Source: a virus (Duplodnaviria > Heunggongvirae > Uroviricota > Caudoviricetes). From it: DNA of 17,265 nucleotides. Shown here piece after piece: positions 15,077 through 17,265 of the stretch. How positions within the stretch are numbered: position 1 is the stretch's first letter; every line of letters starts with the position of its first letter. The notes under the pieces were generated by a model. The model was not told the origin of the DNA and searched no databases. It worked only from the letters and a program-made list of their open reading frames with translations. A program made the translations under genes and the position numbers. The DNA is taken from positions 1 to 17,265 of IMG/VR virus record IMGVR_UViG_3300045988_092498; one strand, 5' to 3'.

Positions 15077-17265
15077 CAATGTAAAATTACAGGTATTGCT
15101 CAGGGCTGTTGACCAGGCATCCCGCCCGTTTAAATCCATCCGCACAGCGAGTAAGTCGCTGTCGGGGGATATCCGGGAAACACAAAAATCACTGCGCGAG
15201 CTGAACGGTCAGGCATCCCGTATTGAGGGATTTCGCAAGACCAGTGCACAGCTCGCCGTGACTGGTCATGCACTTGAAAAGGCACGGCAGGAGGCCGAAG
15301 CCCTTGCCACACAGTTTAAAAACACCGAACGTCCGACCCGTGCTCAGGCGAAAGTGCTGGAATCCGCAAAGCGTGCGGCGGAGGACTTACAGGCGAAATA
15401 TAACCGCCTGACGGATTCCGTTAAACGCCAGCAGCGGGAACTGGCCGCTGTGGGAATTAATACCCGCAATCTTGCACATGATGAGCAGGGACTGAAAAAC
15501 CGTATCAGTGAAACCACCGCACAGCTTAACCGTCAGCGCGACGCGCTGGCGCGTGTCAGTGCGCAACAGGCAAAACTTAACGCAGTCAAACAGCGTTATC
15601 AGGCCGGAAAGGAACTGGCCGGAAATATGGCCTCGGTGGGCGCTGCCGGTGTGGGGATTGCGGCGGCGGGAACGATGGCCGGAGTTAAGTTGCTGATGCC
15701 CGGTTATGAGTTTGCGCAGAAAAACTCAGAATTGCAGGCTGTGCTCGGTGTGGCAAAAGACTCCGCCGAAATGGCCGCGCTACGCAAGCAGGCGCGCCAG
15801 CTCGGCGACAATACCGCAGCCTCGGCAGATGATGCAGCCGGTGCGCAGATTATTATTGCGAAAGCCGGTGGGGATGTTGATGCCATTCAGGCGGCAACGC
15901 CGGTCACGCTGAATATGGCGCTGGCGAACCGTCGCACGATGGAAGAAAACGCCGCCCTGCTGATGGGGATGAAATCCGCCTTTCAGCTTTCAAACGATAA
16001 GGTCGCTCATATCGGGGATGTTCTCTCCATGACGATGAACAAAACCGCCGCCGATTTTGATGGCATGAGCGATGCGCTGACCTATGCCGCACCTGTGGCA
16101 AAAAATGCCGGTGTCAGCATTGAAGAAACCGCCGCAATGGTCGGGGCACTGCATGATGCAAAAATTACCGGTTCAATGGCGGGGACGGGAAGCCGTGCCG
16201 TGTTAAGCCGCCTGCAGGCACCGACGGGAAAAGCATGGGATGCACTGAAAGAGCTTGGCGTGAAAACCTCAGACAGTAAAGGGAATACCCGACCAGTATT
16301 TACCATTCTGAAAGAAATGCAGGCCAGTTTTGAGAAAAACCGGCTCGGTACTGCCCAGCAGGCTGAATACATGAAAACTATTTTCGGGGAGGAGGCCAGC
16401 TCAGCCGCCGCCGTGCTGATGACTGCCGCCTCAACCGGAAAGCTGGACAAACTGACCGTTGCGTTTAAAGCCTCAGACGGGAAGACCGCCGAGCTGGTAA
16501 ATATCATGCAGGACAACCTCGGCGGTGACTTTAAGGAGTTTCAGTCCGCTTATGAGGCGGTGGGGACTGACCTGTTTGACCAGCAGGAAGGCGCGCTGCG
16601 TAAGCTCACGCAGACGGCCACAAAGTATGTGTTAAAACTCGACGGCTGGATACAGAAAAACAAATCACTGGCGTCAACCATCGGCCTCATTGTCGGTGGC
16701 GCACTGGCGCTTACTGGCATCATCGGTGCCATTGGTCTTGTAGCCTGGCCGGTTATCACCGGCATTAATGCCATCATCGCGGCAGCAGGCGCAATGGGGG
16801 CAATTTTCACGACGGTTGGCAGTGCTGTTATGACCGCCATCGGGGCGATTAGCTGGCCGGTTGTGGCTGTGGTGGCCGCTATTGTCGCCGGGGCGTTACT
16901 TATCCGTAAATACTGGGAGCCTGTCAGCGCATTCTTTGGCGGTGTGGTTGAAGGGCTGAAAGCGGCATTTGCGCCGGTGGGGGAGCTGTTCACGCCACTT
17001 AAGCCGGTGTTTGACTGGCTGGGCGAAAAGTTACAGGCCGCGTGGCAGTGGTTTAAAAACCTGATTGCCCCGGTCAAAGCCACCCGGGACACCCTGAACC
17101 GTTGCCGTGACACGGGCGTCATGTTCGGGCAGGCACTGGCTGACGCGCTGATGCTGCCGCTTAATGCGTTCAACAAACTGCGCAGCGGTATTGACTGGGT
17201 ACTGGAAAAACTCGGCGTCATCAACAAAGAGTCAGGCACGCTTGACCAGACCGCCGCCAGAACTC
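15069..17265 (+). CDS. T: Tail tape measure protein T, N-terminal about 730 aa (3' end outside the window)
   Basis: ATG at 15069 (MSNNVKLQVLLRAVDQASRPF...). The frame appears open to the window end, which is why it is absent from the stop-delimited ORF track. Coiled-coil-rich N-terminus and Gly/Ala-rich hydrophobic stretches typical of tape measure proteins. Follows E/E' as in P2. Confidence 0.85.
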   Translation, partial: MSNNVKLQVLLRAVDQASRPFKSIRTASKSLSGDIRETQKSLRELNGQASRIEGFRKTSAQLAVTGHALEKARQEAEALATQFKNTERPTRAQAKVLESAKRAAEDLQAKYNRLTDSVKRQQRELAAVGINTRNLAHDEQGLKNRISETTAQLNRQRDALARVSAQQAKLNAVKQRYQAGKELAGNMASVGAAGVGIAAAGTMAGVKLLMPGYEFAQKNSELQAVLGVAKDSAEMAALRKQARQLGDNTAASADDAAGAQIIIAKAGGDVDAIQAATPVTLNMALANRRTMEENAALLMGMKSAFQLSNDKVAHIGDVLSMTMNKTAADFDGMSDALTYAAPVAKNAGVSIEETAAMVGALHDAKITGSMAGTGSRAVLSRLQAPTGKAWDALKELGVKTSDSKGNTRPVFTILKEMQASFEKNRLGTAQQAEYMKTIFGEEASSAAAVLMTAASTGKLDKLTVAFKASDGKTAELVNIMQDNLGGDFKEFQSAYEAVGTDLFDQQEGALRKLTQTATKYVLKLDGWIQKNKSLASTIGLIVGGALALTGIIGAIGLVAWPVITGINAIIAAAGAMGAIFTTVGSAVMTAIGAISWPVVAVVAAIVAGALLIRKYWEPVSAFFGGVVEGLKAAFAPVGELFTPLKPVFDWLGEKLQAAWQWFKNLIAPVKATRDTLNRCRDTGVMFGQALADALMLPLNAFNKLRSGIDWVLEKLGVINKESGTLDQTAART

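Noticed and set aside
16550-17239. 229-aa and 144-aa (16082-16516) reverse-strand ORFs inside the tape measure gene
   Set aside because: Antisense to the T coding frame, which reads as a typical tape measure protein; the Ala/Ser/Thr-rich translations are characteristic of spurious antisense frames.
1-17265. Integrase, attachment site, tRNA or cos site that would mark the prophage ends
   Set aside because: None seen; the window lies wholly inside the late structural region of the element.

Overview
This window is the late (morphogenesis and lysis) region of a P2-like temperate phage or prophage from an enterobacterium. It reads left to right on the + strand: the 3' part of major capsid gene N, then M, L, X, the lysis cassette (Y, K, lysA, lysB with overlapped lysC), tail completion R and S, baseplate V-W-J-I, tail fibre H and its chaperone G, sheath FI, tube FII, the E/E' frameshift chaperone pair, and the 5' part of tape measure T. 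Identifications rest on gene order, ORF lengths, start/stop coupling and my recollection of P2 protein sequences; no database search was run. The backbone is interrupted at two places by AT-rich, reverse-strand, single-gene insertions with their own ribosome-binding sites: a 261-aa three-helix membrane protein between S and V (5055-5840), and a 347-aa soluble protein between G and FI (11369-12412). These positions correspond to the P2 orf30 and Z/fun accessory loci. I could not assign either product to a known family by eye, so they are the best candidates for undescribed biology (anti-phage or superinfection-exclusion cargo). Other notable signals are an in-frame 132-bp tandem repeat in H, the T6G slippery site for E/E', a GC hairpin plus T-tract terminator just upstream of FI, and a shared TGTTGT motif upstream of V and FI.
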